The notes under the pieces were generated by a model, which worked only from the letters and a program-made list of their open reading frames with translations, was not told the DNA's origin and searched no databases. From Bacteriovoracia bacterium (GTDB lineage Bacteria > Bdellovibrionota > Bacteriovoracia > Bacteriovoracales > Bacteriovoracaceae): a DNA stretch of 64,000 bases. Location of the stretch: assembly GCA_046570105.1 (NCBI GenBank), contig JBKHVI010000005.1:1-64000 (forward strand), written 5' to 3'. Each line of letters begins with the position of its first letter. Position 1 is the stretch's first letter. This document shows positions 1 to 9,506 of this stretch, one piece after another. The position numbers and the translations under genes are program-made.

Positions 1-10
1 TTGCGATCAT
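1..10 (-). CDS. Probable start of IS66 TnpB (partial, runs off window)
   Basis: ATG ATC GCA just after the tnpA stop; only 3 codons visible. Confidence 0.35.
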
Positions 11-13
11 TTT

Positions 14-388
14 CTATGCTGCCTTTTTTAAAAAATCCAAGAGCATCTCAATCCTGGAAAATCGAATAATTCTTCCGCCCTCCCAGACCAGCTCTACTCC
101 TGAGCAAGGAGGTAGCTCCATAACCTGTCCTGACTCCTGGTCTAAGACAATTTCTGTGAATTTGAGACCATCAAAGGCCCCGTCACGCTTGAGTTGTTTG
201 GCACGCCCCATAAGAGGGCCAAATTTTCTGAAGGTAACCCCAAGAGCGGTGTAAAAACCAACAGCAGGTCCTGTCCACTGCTCCCACTCGTGGAGAATTT
301 CTCCGAGGAGTTCGTTGGGAAGATTAGTGATCTTGCCCGATGGCGTTCTGTAAGAGTTAATTTTCTTCTTTAGTACCGTTAAATCCAT
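14..388 (-). CDS. IS66 accessory protein TnpA-like (124 aa)
   Basis: GGAGG RBS before ATG at 388. C-terminal 'VELVWEGGRIIRF...LLDFL' resembles IS66 TnpA. Lies between the IS end and a TnpB-like start. Confidence 0.6.
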   Translation of the reverse strand: MDLTVLKKKINSYRTPSGKITNLPNELLGEILHEWEQWTGPAVGFYTALGVTFRKFGPLMGRAKQLKRDGAFDGLKFTEIVLDQESGQVMELPPCSGVELVWEGGRIIRFSRIEMLLDFLKKAA

Positions 389-470
389 TTTAAACCTCCG
401 TGTTGTGATGGATGGTTTAACTATCGCAGGATTTAAAACATTGACCAGACGGGGCACTTTGACGATTTAC

Positions 471-1139
471 GAGAAAGTGAATGTTCTGGTGGTCATCGGA
501 GTCAGCGAAGCGGGAGTAAAGCAGGTCCTCGCCCTGCAAGCGGGTGACAAAGAGTCGTCATCGAATTGGCGGCAGCTGTTCCGCGATTTAAAGACCAGAG
601 GACTTGATTCCTCCAAGGTGAAGCTCGGGATCATGGATGGGCTTCCGGGGCTTGAGAAGGTCTTTGAGGAGGAGTTTAAGGGAGCTGCTGTTCAGCGCTG
701 CCAGGTTCACGTCGCTCGGAACGTGATGAGTAAGGTCCCTCGTAAACTGCGGGAAAAAGTCGCTGACGAGGTGAGAAGTATTTTTTACGCCTCGTCGGAG
801 AAGAAGGCGCGAGAGTTCTTCACTAAGTTCAAGAAGGAATATGAGGCAGAGATCCCATCGGCGGTGAAGTGCCTAGAGTCGTCACTGGACCAGACGCTAG
901 CGTACCTGAAATTCCCGAAAGAGGAATGGAAGTCGCTTCGGACGACGAATCCTATCGAGAGACTGAACAAGGAATTTAAACGAAGGACGAAGCCGATGGA
1001 GACGGTTGCCAGTGAGAAAAGCTGCTACAATTTGCTCGCGGTGATCGCTCTGAGAATGGAATTATACTGGAGACGCTACCCAATTACCTGGAAGAGTGCT
1101 TTGCCGGGGCCAGAAACCGAATTTACACAAAAATTTTGA
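471..1139 (+). pseudogene. IS256 (Mutator-type DDE) transposase, N-terminally disrupted fragment
   Basis: Motifs GIMDGLPGL, QRCQVHVARN (CxxH) and TTNPIERLNKEFKRR present; N-terminal half and first catalytic Asp absent. Confidence 0.85.
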
Positions 1140-1146
1140 CAGCACC
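471..1146 (+). mobile_element. IS256-family element, 3' part, interrupted by IS66
   Basis: Transposase C-terminal half followed by the end sequence GAATTTACACAAAAATTTTGACAGCACC (reverse complement GGTGCTGTC...), typical of IS256 inverted repeats. Confidence 0.8.
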
Positions 1147-2122
1147 TCAAATATTGATTGAGTTTCTTTTTTACGGTTTGTGTTTCTCCTGTTTTGCTTG
1201 TTAACCTGCCCTTGTACTCCATCAAAACTTCTTCCCACGTTGGATTTCTTTTTATCCTGGCCCTTGCCGTTTCTCGTTTTCTAAATAGCCAACGAACTCC
1301 CGCTGCAATGTTTTTATTTGGATCCCAGAGTTCATCAAGATCGAGGTCAACAATATGATCCTTTAATTCATTTTTATAACCTTTAAGACCTCTGTGAGTT
1401 TGCTCCGTAATCTGAATAAGTCCACGCGCCAAGCCAATGTGCTTGCCAGTATTGGTTGCCTTGCTCTGTGCTGCAAATCCTGATTCAGTTGCAATAAGTG
1501 CTTTGACATGATTGGGGTGTAAAGGCGGTGTAATCTTGAACACATCGTTCCAATAGGCTGTCCACCCGGATATCAAATGATCATACTTACTTCCCTTATC
1601 TTTGAAGCTGAGCTTATGCGAACTAACCTTAACGGGTGGATTTTTGAAAAGTACATTTTCAGAAATTTGAATTATCTCATCGCCTTTAAGCAGATCCTTC
1701 TTCGACGGATTTTTTCTACAGTGACCATCGTGGTCTGTTGTTTTTCCTGATTTAAGATTTTTTGGATGCCTCGAAACCCAATGCTGGCCAATGGGACATG
1801 TTCTCCATGGATTTCGGACTTCTATGTTTTTTGTATCAAAGAAAGGGATTTTGTGAACTCGTGAAAGGGGTATGACTTTACCGATGATCTCACTCCATCG
1901 GACAAGTTTTAGTCCTTCGTTTTTTAGCTTTAGTTTGAGTTCTTGTTCTATCCCACTCAGTTTAGATTGAGTGACTTTGTTGCGTGTTTTAAAGGGAATG
2001 ATATTTTCGTTCTCTTTGCTCACTCTGCTTTTTTTGAGAAAGTAAAATTCAATACTATCTTTGTTGGAAAAAAACGAAGCAATGATGTCAGTAATTAGTT
2101 CTTTTTGATCTTTGATCGACAT
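1076..2122 (-). CDS. Transglycosylase SLT-like domain protein; last ~23 aa derive from IS256
   Basis: KALIATESGF, ARGLIQIT and DPNKNIAAGVRWL SLT motifs; GGAG RBS before ATG at 2122; no signal peptide. Confidence 0.7.
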   Translation of the reverse strand: MSIKDQKELITDIIASFFSNKDSIEFYFLKKSRVSKENENIIPFKTRNKVTQSKLSGIEQELKLKLKNEGLKLVRWSEIIGKVIPLSRVHKIPFFDTKNIEVRNPWRTCPIGQHWVSRHPKNLKSGKTTDHDGHCRKNPSKKDLLKGDEIIQISENVLFKNPPVKVSSHKLSFKDKGSKYDHLISGWTAYWNDVFKITPPLHPNHVKALIATESGFAAQSKATNTGKHIGLARGLIQITEQTHRGLKGYKNELKDHIVDLDLDELWDPNKNIAAGVRWLFRKRETARARIKRNPTWEEVLMEYKGRLTSKTGETQTVKKKLNQYLRCCQNFCVNSVSGPGKALFQVIG

Positions 2123-2252
2123 TGCCAAGTCTCCATTGGAATTAGGATATTTCTTAAAATATAAAAAATAAATCTCTAATAAGTTTCGGGTTAACAACAA
2201 ATGTAAATTACTTGGATCTAGATTACATTTATTCAGTTGTGCATTTGATATT

Positions 2253-3386
2253 TTAAAACGCCATTTCCTCAAGCCACAAGGCTAAGTCTTTAACCCAAAT
2301 CTCTTGTGGAGCCTTAAACTGCCTGTTTAGATTCTTTACTAATTGAATCTTCATAAGTTTGGGATTCATTTTGAGTAATTCAGTTTCAAAGTAAGAGAAA
2401 TTTTTTGATGGGGTGTCATCAGCTGTTTTTACTTCTATCATCGCGATAGGCAACTTTCCCTTAACGATAAGGAAATCAACTTCTTTGTGTTGTTTATTTC
2501 TCAAATAGAAGAGTTGATAGCTCTCCCCTAGAACATCGTTGCGATAGAGACATTCTTTATACAAAGAAAGTGCGACCAAATTTTCTAATCTTGCTCCTTC
2601 GTTCTCGGCTCTCGGGATATCATAGAAGTAGAATTTAGGAGCTTTTTTTAACCCATTTTTGATCGATCTAGAAAATGGTAAGATTTTAAAAAACACGAAA
2701 CTTTCTTCAAGTGCTGTCAGCCAACGCTTAACAGTTTTGTCATCTGTCGAAAGATCCTCTCGGAGTGAATTATAACTGAGAGGGTTTCCAACCCTCTCAC
2801 GCATGAGTTCCACGAGGTATTCAAGATCACGAATCCGCTTAAGCGGCTCAAGACTCGCGACATCTTCTTTTATTATGACGTCTAAATGTGTCTGTCTCCA
2901 CCTGTTATAGTAAGTTACATCTTGTGCCAAAAAAGGCTCTGGAAAACCCGAAAGAGAGAGAAGGTGTTCGAGATTAGTTTTGGTTTCACCGAAGCCATTT
3001 TGTTTGAGCTCTTTTAAGTCCAGTGGCATCAGGTGAAAGTGAAAGTATCTACCTGCTAGTGAATCCCCGGCTTTTCTAAATGTGTTGAGGCGAGCGCTAC
3101 CAGTTACAATGACTTTAGCTAAATCCTTGGCGTCATACAGACCCTTAAGGTAAAGCTTCCATTTGTTCATTTTGTGTAATTCATCAAAGATGGTGAGTTC
3201 TTTGTCTGAGTCAAAATGGCGTTGGATGATCTTCTTTTTGTCTTGAGGGATGTCGTAATTTAAATAATCTATCGAATCAGACAAAGATTTAGTCAGAGTC
3301 GTTTTACCAACCTGTCTTGGGCCTGAGATTAGAATGTATTTGTGGCCCAGATCTTTAATGAGGGCTAAAACAAGATATCTTTTCAT
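2253..3386 (-). CDS. AAA+ ATPase (AAA_14 / DUF4143 type) with wHTH and C-terminal PD-(D/E)xK-like domain
   Basis: Walker A GPRQVGKT, Walker B IFDE, VTGSA, SLAGR, GFPEPF, KFYFYD, EVDF...IEVK. Confidence 0.85.
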   Translation of the reverse strand: MKRYLVLALIKDLGHKYILISGPRQVGKTTLTKSLSDSIDYLNYDIPQDKKKIIQRHFDSDKELTIFDELHKMNKWKLYLKGLYDAKDLAKVIVTGSARLNTFRKAGDSLAGRYFHFHLMPLDLKELKQNGFGETKTNLEHLLSLSGFPEPFLAQDVTYYNRWRQTHLDVIIKEDVASLEPLKRIRDLEYLVELMRERVGNPLSYNSLREDLSTDDKTVKRWLTALEESFVFFKILPFSRSIKNGLKKAPKFYFYDIPRAENEGARLENLVALSLYKECLYRNDVLGESYQLFYLRNKQHKEVDFLIVKGKLPIAMIEVKTADDTPSKNFSYFETELLKMNPKLMKIQLVKNLNRQFKAPQEIWVKDLALWLEEMAF

Positions 3387-3387
3387 A

Positions 3388-3451
3388 ACACTATTTTCGG
3401 TCTGTAAGCCGAAAAAGTAAACACTTTCTCGGTCAATAGACCGAAAAAGTA
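3388..3451. promoter_or_regulatory. Two tandem palindromic operator-like sites TTYTCGG-N8-CCGAAAA
   Basis: ACACTATTTTCGGTCTGTAAGCCGAAAAAGTA and ACACTTTCTCGGTCAATAGACCGAAAAAGTA, 32 bp apart, directly upstream of the ATPase ATG. Confidence 0.65.
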
Positions 3452-3568
3452 CAAGTGTCTGAATTTAATGAATGTTTTTCAACTGATTTACATGATAACT
3501 GCGGTGAAATAGTGAAATTATTGAGTTAACTTCAAATCGTTCCCGTAACGACAATTAATTGAGGCTCT

Positions 3569-5299
3569 ATGCGTTTATCCCAAGGCTTCTGGCAAACATT
3601 AAAAGAAACTCCTAATGATGCGGAAATTCCGTCGCATCAGCTGATGATCCGCGCGGGTCTTATTCATAAAACTGCAGGTGGACTTTATACCTACTTACCG
3701 ATGGCATTTCGCTCGATCAAAAAAATCGAAAAGATTGTCCGTGAAGAGCTCGATCGGATTGGCTGTTTTGAAGTTCAAATGCCAGTGATCACACCTGCAG
3801 AACTGTGGAAAGAGACGGGCCGCTGGGATGTGATGGGTCCACAAATGTTGCGTATTAAAGATCGCGCTGATCGTGAACTTTGTGTCAGTCCTACCAACGA
3901 AGAAACAGTAACGGATGTTTTCCGTAAAACCATTGGCTCTTATAAGCAATTGCCGGTTTGTTTGTATCAAATCAACACCAAGTTCCGTGATGAGATTCGT
4001 CCGCGCTTTGGTCTTTTACGTGGCCGTGAATTCACTATGAAAGATGGCTATTCACTCCATATGGATAAGGCCTGTCTGGATACTTTTTATGAAAAAATTT
4101 ATGGCGCTTACATCGCGATCTTTAAGCGCATGGGCCTGGAATTTATCGTGGTGGAAGCGGATGGTGGAGCGATGGCCGGTGGCGGTGCCAAGACACATGA
4201 ATTTCAACTCGTTGCGGACGCAGGTGAAGATACGCTTGTAACTGTTCCAGCAACTGGTTATGCCGCCAATATTGAGAAAGCGCCTACCACGCGTGCAAAC
4301 TTGAAAACACTTCCTGCTTCTGATTATGCAGAATTTGCGACACCGAATCAGAAAACATGTGAAGAAGTGGCTGCCGCTCATGGATTTGATATCACTCATA
4401 CCCTCAAGTCCCTCGTCATGCAGGTGATTCGTGGAGAAAAAGTGCATTATTATATGGTCATGCTCTTAGGAGATGATCAGCTCAATGAAGTGAAATTTAA
4501 AAATGCGATAAGTGCCGATCATGTTCGCCCGGCCCAAGCCGGAGAGTTAGAGAGTTTGGGCTTAGTAAAAGGCTTTATGGGCCCCACAGCTCAAGCGGAA
4601 AAGCTCTCGGTTCTTTATGATTCCTGTGTGGATTTGAATTCGTCTTATGTCGTTGGTGCCAACAAAGAAGGTTTCCACGCCAAAGGCTTTGTTCCATCAC
4701 GTGATACCAAGCTTGGTCACAAGCAACTTGATCTTCGTCTCGCTAAAGATGGCGATGTGATGAATGGCCAGCCGATTGTCATGAAGAAGGGGATTGAAGT
4801 CGGTCATGTTTTCCAACTCGGTGATAAATACACCAAGAGCATGGGCGTGAAAGTTCTGAACGATCAAGGCAAAGGCATCACTCCTCTTATGGGCTGCTAT
4901 GGCATTGGGACCACTCGTACAATGGCGGCAGCGATTGAACAAAATCATGATAGCGACGGCATCGTTTGGCCGGCGGCTATTGCTCCTTATGATCTCTATT
5001 TTGGAGTTATCGCCAAGTCTGAGGAAACTAAGAAGATTTCTGAGGAAATCTACCAAAGTTTCTTGGTCGCTGGTTTGGAAGTTCTTTTTGATGACCGCGG
5101 CATGGGTCCAGGCGGCATGTTTAAAGATGCTGATCTCATCGGCCTGCCTTTACGTGTTGTTTTAGGTGAGCGCGATTTTGCCGCTACCGGCGAGATTGAA
5201 ATTAAAGTGCGCAAAAACGGCGAAGTCCTCAAAGTGAAGCGCGAGGCGCTGATTGCTACTATTAAAGAGAAACTCCAGGCTTTAGGTAAGTGGGCATGA
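3569..5299 (+). CDS. proS: Proline--tRNA ligase (bacterial type with INS editing domain)
   Basis: SHQLMIRAG, KFRDEIRPRFGLLRGREF, GIEVGHVFQLG, MGCYGIG. Confidence 0.97.
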   Translation: MRLSQGFWQTLKETPNDAEIPSHQLMIRAGLIHKTAGGLYTYLPMAFRSIKKIEKIVREELDRIGCFEVQMPVITPAELWKETGRWDVMGPQMLRIKDRADRELCVSPTNEETVTDVFRKTIGSYKQLPVCLYQINTKFRDEIRPRFGLLRGREFTMKDGYSLHMDKACLDTFYEKIYGAYIAIFKRMGLEFIVVEADGGAMAGGGAKTHEFQLVADAGEDTLVTVPATGYAANIEKAPTTRANLKTLPASDYAEFATPNQKTCEEVAAAHGFDITHTLKSLVMQVIRGEKVHYYMVMLLGDDQLNEVKFKNAISADHVRPAQAGELESLGLVKGFMGPTAQAEKLSVLYDSCVDLNSSYVVGANKEGFHAKGFVPSRDTKLGHKQLDLRLAKDGDVMNGQPIVMKKGIEVGHVFQLGDKYTKSMGVKVLNDQGKGITPLMGCYGIGTTRTMAAAIEQNHDSDGIVWPAAIAPYDLYFGVIAKSEETKKISEEIYQSFLVAGLEVLFDDRGMGPGGMFKDADLIGLPLRVVLGERDFAATGEIEIKVRKNGEVLKVKREALIATIKEKLQALGKWA

Positions 5300-6063
5300 A
5301 CGATCTTATTATTGGTAGCCATTCTATCGCGGCAGCACTTTTGAATCCCAAGCGTGTTCATTTAGAACTGTTGGCAACTGATGATGGCTGGCAAGAATTA
5401 GTGAAACGTTCAAAACTCGATACCCGTAATCTTCGTATCAAGCCTCGTTTGCTAGCACCTCATGCTCTTCAAGAAGAAGCGCGTATGCTTTACCGCGAAC
5501 GTGATCTCGAATTTCAGCGTGTACCTGGCAGTGTCGTTCTTATCTCTGAACCATTAGAAGTATTTGATCCAGGTTGGTTGCGCACTAAGATTGAATCGTC
5601 AGCAAAGTTACGTATTCTGGCGCTTGATCAAGTTTCAGACGTCAATAATGGCGCTGCCATTCTCCGTACGGCGAGTTTTTTCGGAGTCGACGTGGTGGTT
5701 CTTCCTCAGGAGAAATCCTTCGGTATGTCGCCCGCTTTTTATCGTATTGCCTCTGGTGCAACTGAGTTTTTAACCATCGTGCGCTCTGCTCATCTCACCC
5801 GCACTCTTACGATGATGAAAGAAGTGGGCGTTGAAGTTTGGGGGCTTTCTGAACATTCTGCCAGTCCATTAACTAATGAAGAGCTGGCCCAGCCTAAAAT
5901 ATGTTTGGTGCTAGGCTCCGAAGACGATGGGCTTTCAAATAGTGTGATGCGCACCGTGTCCAAGACTTTATCCCTCACTTCACAGGGTGCGATTAAGTCT
6001 TTGAATGTGTCGGCGGCAGCCACTCTTGCTCTGCAGCTCTGCTTTCCCCAGCGATCCTCGTAG
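5296..6063 (+). CDS. rlmB: SpoU/TrmH-family rRNA methyltransferase (RlmB-like)
   Basis: LDQVSDVNNGAAILRTA, LGSEDDGL, SLNVSAA SPOUT motifs; ATGA overlap with proS stop. Confidence 0.75.
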   Translation: MNDLIIGSHSIAAALLNPKRVHLELLATDDGWQELVKRSKLDTRNLRIKPRLLAPHALQEEARMLYRERDLEFQRVPGSVVLISEPLEVFDPGWLRTKIESSAKLRILALDQVSDVNNGAAILRTASFFGVDVVVLPQEKSFGMSPAFYRIASGATEFLTIVRSAHLTRTLTMMKEVGVEVWGLSEHSASPLTNEELAQPKICLVLGSEDDGLSNSVMRTVSKTLSLTSQGAIKSLNVSAAATLALQLCFPQRSS

Positions 6064-6070
6064 TTTGTCC

Positions 6071-6099
6071 TTGCAAACGTACAGGACCCCCATTATAAA
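6071..6099 (+). promoter_or_regulatory. Putative sigma-70 promoter of the tRNA-tuf operon
   Basis: TTGCAA-17 nt-TATAAA. Confidence 0.55.
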
Positions 6100-6134
6100 T
6101 TTGGAACTCATTTAGATAAAACTGTTTGAGATGT

Positions 6135-6210
6135 GCTGCTCTAGCTCAGTTGGTAGAGCAACTGATTTGTAATCAGTAGGTCGCAGGTTCGACTCCTGTG
6201 AGCAGCTCCA
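6135..6210 (+). tRNA. tRNA-Thr(TGT)
   Basis: Cloverleaf, anticodon loop TTTGTAA, GTTCGA T-loop, encoded CCA. Confidence 0.97.
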
Positions 6211-6214
6211 TTGT

Positions 6215-6300
6215 GGCGTGATTCCCGAGTGGCTAAAGGGAGCAGACTGTAAATCTGCCGGCGTCAGCCTTCGGTGGTTCGAATCCACCTCGCGCCACCA
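6215..6300 (+). tRNA. tRNA-Tyr(GTA)
   Basis: Anticodon loop CTGTAAA, long variable arm, encoded CCA. Confidence 0.97.
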
Positions 6301-6311
6301 TTTTTTTGTTT

Positions 6312-6387
6312 GCGGGTGTAGCTCAGTTGGTAGAGCGCCAGCCTTCCAAGCTGGAAGTCGAGAGTTCGAGCCTCTTCGCCCGCTCCA
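6312..6387 (+). tRNA. tRNA-Gly(TCC)
   Basis: Anticodon loop CTTCCAA, GCGGG acceptor, encoded CCA. Confidence 0.97.
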
Positions 6388-6416
6388 TTATTTCGGTAGT
6401 TTGAAAGTTGTTTTTG

Positions 6417-6491
<75 letters not shown>

Positions 6492-6614
6492 TCTTTCAAA
6501 TTCTCGCGGTAGTAAAATTTTATTGTCAGTGGAAGGGTCCTGAAGCATACTCTGGACGCTTGCATTTACAGATTAATAACGCTTGTTTCTGGAACTTCTT
6601 GAAGGAGACCATTC

Positions 6615-7802
6615 ATGGCTAAGGAAAAATTCGACCGTAGTAAGCCGCACGTCAATATCGGCACCATTGGTCACGTTGACCACGGTAAAACAACATTGAC
6701 TGCTGCTATCACAATGACGATGGCAAAAAAGTATGGCGGCGCTGCTAAGTCTTATGCAGACATCGATTCTGCTCCAGAAGAGAAAGCCCGCGGTATTACC
6801 ATCAACACAGCTCACGTTGAGTACGCGACGGCTAACCGTCACTACGCACACGTTGACTGTCCAGGACACGCTGACTATGTGAAAAACATGATCACGGGTG
6901 CTGCACAGATGGACGGAGCTATTCTCGTAGTTGCAGCGACTGACGGCCCAATGCCTCAGACTCGTGAGCACATCCTCTTGGCTCGCCAAGTAGGTGTTCC
7001 TGCTCTCGTTGTATTTATGAACAAGATCGACATTGCTGACCCAGAGTTGGCCGATCTCGTTGAGATGGAAGTTCGCGAACTTCTTTCTAAGTACAACTTC
7101 CCTGGTGACGATATTCCAATAGTCAAAGGTTCAGCTCTTGCTGCTGTTGAAGGCACAAACGCTGAATTGGGCGAAAACGCTATCGTAAAACTCATGGAAG
7201 AAGTTGACCGTTATATCCCAACTCCTACTCGTGACGTTGATAAGTCGTTCTTGATGCCAGTTGAAGACGTATTCTCGATCTCAGGTCGTGGTACTGTTGT
7301 TACTGGTCGTATCGAGCGCGGTATCGTTAAGGTTGGCGAAGAAATCGAGATCATCGGTATCCGCGACACAACTAAGACTACTGTTACAGGTATCGAAATG
7401 TTCCGTAAGCTTCTTGACGAAGGTCAAGCAGGTGACAACGCCGGTATCCTTCTCCGTGGTACTAAGCGTGAAGACGTTGAGCGCGGTCAGTGTTTGGTTA
7501 AGCCAGGCACAGTTAAGCCTCACACTAAATTCCGTTGTGAAGTGTATATCCTCACTAAAGATGAGGGTGGTCGTCACACTCCAATCTTCAAAGGCTACCG
7601 TCCACAGTTCTACTTCCGTACAACTGACGTGACTGGTGCAATTACTTTGAACGATGGTGTTGAAATGATCATGCCAGGTGATAACACTTCATTCGGTGTT
7701 GAATTGATTGCTCCAGTAGCGATGGAAAAAGGTCTCCGCTTCGCGATTCGCGAAGGTGGCCGTACGATCGGTGCCGGTACAGTTTCTGACATCATTGCTT
7801 AA
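6615..7802 (+). CDS. tuf: Elongation factor Tu
   Basis: [22 protein letters not shown]; highly biased codons. Confidence 0.99.
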   Translation: MAKEKFDRSKPHVNIGTIGHVDHGKTTLTAAITMTMAKKYGGAAKSYADIDSAPEEKARGITINTAHVEYATANRHYAHVDCPGHADYVKNMITGAAQMDGAILVVAATDGPMPQTREHILLARQVGVPALVVFMNKIDIADPELADLVEMEVRELLSKYNFPGDDIPIVKGSALAAVEGTNAELGENAIVKLMEEVDRYIPTPTRDVDKSFLMPVEDVFSISGRGTVVTGRIERGIVKVGEEIEIIGIRDTTKTTVTGIEMFRKLLDEGQAGDNAGILLRGTKREDVERGQCLVKPGTVKPHTKFRCEVYILTKDEGGRHTPIFKGYRPQFYFRTTDVTGAITLNDGVEMIMPGDNTSFGVELIAPVAMEKGLRFAIREGGRTIGAGTVSDIIA

Positions 7803-7817
7803 GTTTTGATCCCAAAG

Positions 7818-7850
7818 GCCAACCGGGGAAACCTGGTTGGCTTTTTTTTT
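7818..7850 (+). terminator. Rho-independent terminator after tuf
   Basis: GCCAACCGGG-GAAA-CCTGGTTGGC followed by T9. Confidence 0.9.
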
Positions 7851-7855
7851 GTCCC

Positions 7856-7932
7856 GGGTGAATAGCTCTAATGGTTAGAGCGAGTGATTCCAAATCACTA
7901 GGTTGGGGGTTCGAGTCCCTCTTCACCCGCCA
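7856..7932 (+). tRNA. tRNA-Trp(CCA)
   Basis: Acceptor GGGTGAA/TTCACCC, anticodon loop TTCCAAA, G73, CCA; canonical position before secE. Confidence 0.95.
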
Positions 7933-8027
7933 ACCACAATGATGCGCAAGGTTGTGAAATCTGATGTGGACAAACCCGTCGATTTTTCATAATTGTTGTG
8001 CACTTTGCATTAATTGAGGGATTTCCC

Positions 8028-8417
8028 ATGTCAGTGACTTCGAATTCTGAAGGCAAGAAGTGGATTCAGGCCAGTCTAGCCGTCACATGTATTTTTGTTG
8101 GCTACATTATCATTTCATTTTTTGAAACGATGTCGGAGTGGTTCGCACTTGAAGCGAAGGTTCCGTATTATTTTGTGATTACACAAGCACTCGGTGTCGT
8201 TGTTGGTTTAACAACGTACATCGCGATTCTTCGTAATCCGATCTCTTCAGAATTTCTTGCAAATGTTTATCAAGAATTAATCAAAGTTGTTTGGCCTGAC
8301 CGCAGTCAGACTTGGAAGTACACCGTTCTCATTATGATTGGTGTGACTATCATGGGTTTCGTTTTCGGATTTTTCGATTTCGGTGCCAATTTCTTGTTGG
8401 GTCTTATTAATAAGTAA
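8028..8417 (+). CDS. secE: Preprotein translocase SecE (3-TM type)
   Basis: ELIKVVWP motif followed by TM helix; upstream of nusG; GAGGG RBS before ATG 8028. Confidence 0.92.
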   Translation: MSVTSNSEGKKWIQASLAVTCIFVGYIIISFFETMSEWFALEAKVPYYFVITQALGVVVGLTTYIAILRNPISSEFLANVYQELIKVVWPDRSQTWKYTVLIMIGVTIMGFVFGFFDFGANFLLGLINK

Positions 8418-8429
8418 GGTGAGAGTTTC

Positions 8430-9014
8430 ATGACTGATCAAGTTCAAAGCGAAGAAAAAAAACTCGCCGCTGGTGATACTCCAGACTTCAAATGGTATGT
8501 CGCTCACGTGTTGAGTGGTTTCGAAAACCGTGTAACGAAAACTCTTAAAGAGCGTATCGTTAACCACAGCATGACTGAGTACTTTGCGGACATTCTTGTC
8601 CCTGAGGAAAGTGTTATTGCCAACGTGAACGGCAAGAAGCGCACCATGAAGAAGAAATTCTTCCCGGGTTACATCATCATCAAGATGGTGATGAACGATA
8701 AGACCTGGCACTTGGTGAAAGACACAGACAAAATCACCGGCTTTATTGGCGGTACAAAAGATAAGCCAATGCCAATCTCTGAAGAAGAGGCGGCAGCTCT
8801 TACAAATAGCATGGCCGATGGATTCAAGCGTACTCGCTCTGTTGCAAACTTCTCGGAAGGCGACAGCGTGAAGGTGATCGAAGGACCATTCGCATCGTTT
8901 GTGGGTGTGGTTGAAGCGATCAGTGAGAAAGGTAAAGTGAAAGTTCAAGTTTCGATCTTCGGTCGTCCGACCCCAGTCGAGCTCGAGTTCTCACAAGTAG
9001 AAAAAGTAAATTAA
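8430..9014 (+). CDS. nusG: Transcription termination/antitermination factor NusG
   Basis: WYVAHVLSGFE, FFPGY, KOW GPFASF, IFGRPTPVEL. Confidence 0.98.
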   Translation: MTDQVQSEEKKLAAGDTPDFKWYVAHVLSGFENRVTKTLKERIVNHSMTEYFADILVPEESVIANVNGKKRTMKKKFFPGYIIIKMVMNDKTWHLVKDTDKITGFIGGTKDKPMPISEEEAAALTNSMADGFKRTRSVANFSEGDSVKVIEGPFASFVGVVEAISEKGKVKVQVSIFGRPTPVELEFSQVEKVN

Positions 9015-9019
9015 TTAAC

Positions 9020-9055
9020 TAACGGGAGACACCACTGTAGGTGTCGCTAGTACCG
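9020..9055 (+). promoter_or_regulatory. Putative ribosomal protein L1-binding mRNA element, copy 1 (before rplK)
   Basis: TAACGGGA-GACACC/GGTGTC hairpin-GCTAGTACCG abutting the SD. Confidence 0.6.
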
Positions 9056-9065
9056 AGGAGAAACT

Positions 9066-9506
9066 ATGGCCAAGAAAGTAGTTGGTTTCATCAAGTTGCA
9101 GATTCCAGGCGGAAAAGCCAACCCGTCTCCACCAATCGGCCCAGCGTTGGGTCAGAAAGGTGTGAACATTATGGAATTCTGTAAGGCATTCAATGCTCGT
9201 ACTCAGAAAGACAACGGTGTGACTCTTCCGACGATCATCACTGTTTACTCTGACCGTACATTCACCTTCATTACGAAGACCCCACCGGTCACGTACTTGG
9301 TGAAGGACAAGCTCAAGCTCGAGTCTGGTTCTAAAAAACCAGGTCACGAAGTGGCCGGCACTGTTCAAGAGAAAATTGTTGAAGACGTAGCTAAAGTGAA
9401 AATGCCGGACATCACGGCTGCTTCAATGGACGCTGCAAAACGTACAGTTGAGGGTTCAGTCCGTTCGATGGGATTGAAACTCGCTTACAAAGAATTCACC
9501 AAGTAA
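9066..9506 (+). CDS. rplK: 50S ribosomal protein L11
   Basis: [23 protein letters not shown]. Confidence 0.99.
   Translation: MAKKVVGFIKLQIPGGKANPSPPIGPALGQKGVNIMEFCKAFNARTQKDNGVTLPTIITVYSDRTFTFITKTPPVTYLVKDKLKLESGSKKPGHEVAGTVQEKIVEDVAKVKMPDITAASMDAAKRTVEGSVRSMGLKLAYKEFTK

Larger units (their letters stand above)
1..470 (-). mobile_element. IS66-family insertion sequence, left end (element continues beyond window start)
   Basis: Minus strand from 470 reads GTAAATCGTCAAAGTGCCCCGTCT, the GTAA...CCCGTCT style of IS66 termini. It is followed by a TnpA-like ORF and an ATG-ATC-GCA (MIA..., TnpB-like start) 3 nt after its stop. IS256 transposase similarity begins exactly at 471. Confidence 0.75.

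Noticed and set aside
405..1139. 244-aa ORF as an intact transposase
   Set aside because: The first 22 codons come from the IS66 end; it is a chance in-frame fusion lacking the IS256 N-terminal half
3388..3451. Possible mini-CRISPR (two ~31-nt palindromic repeats)
   Set aside because: The repeats are adjacent with no spacer, are imperfect, and no cas genes are present; an operator pair fits better
7855..7932. Extra C(-1):G73 pair in tRNA-Trp
   Set aside because: A normal 7-bp acceptor stem explains the structure; the extra pair would exist only in the precursor
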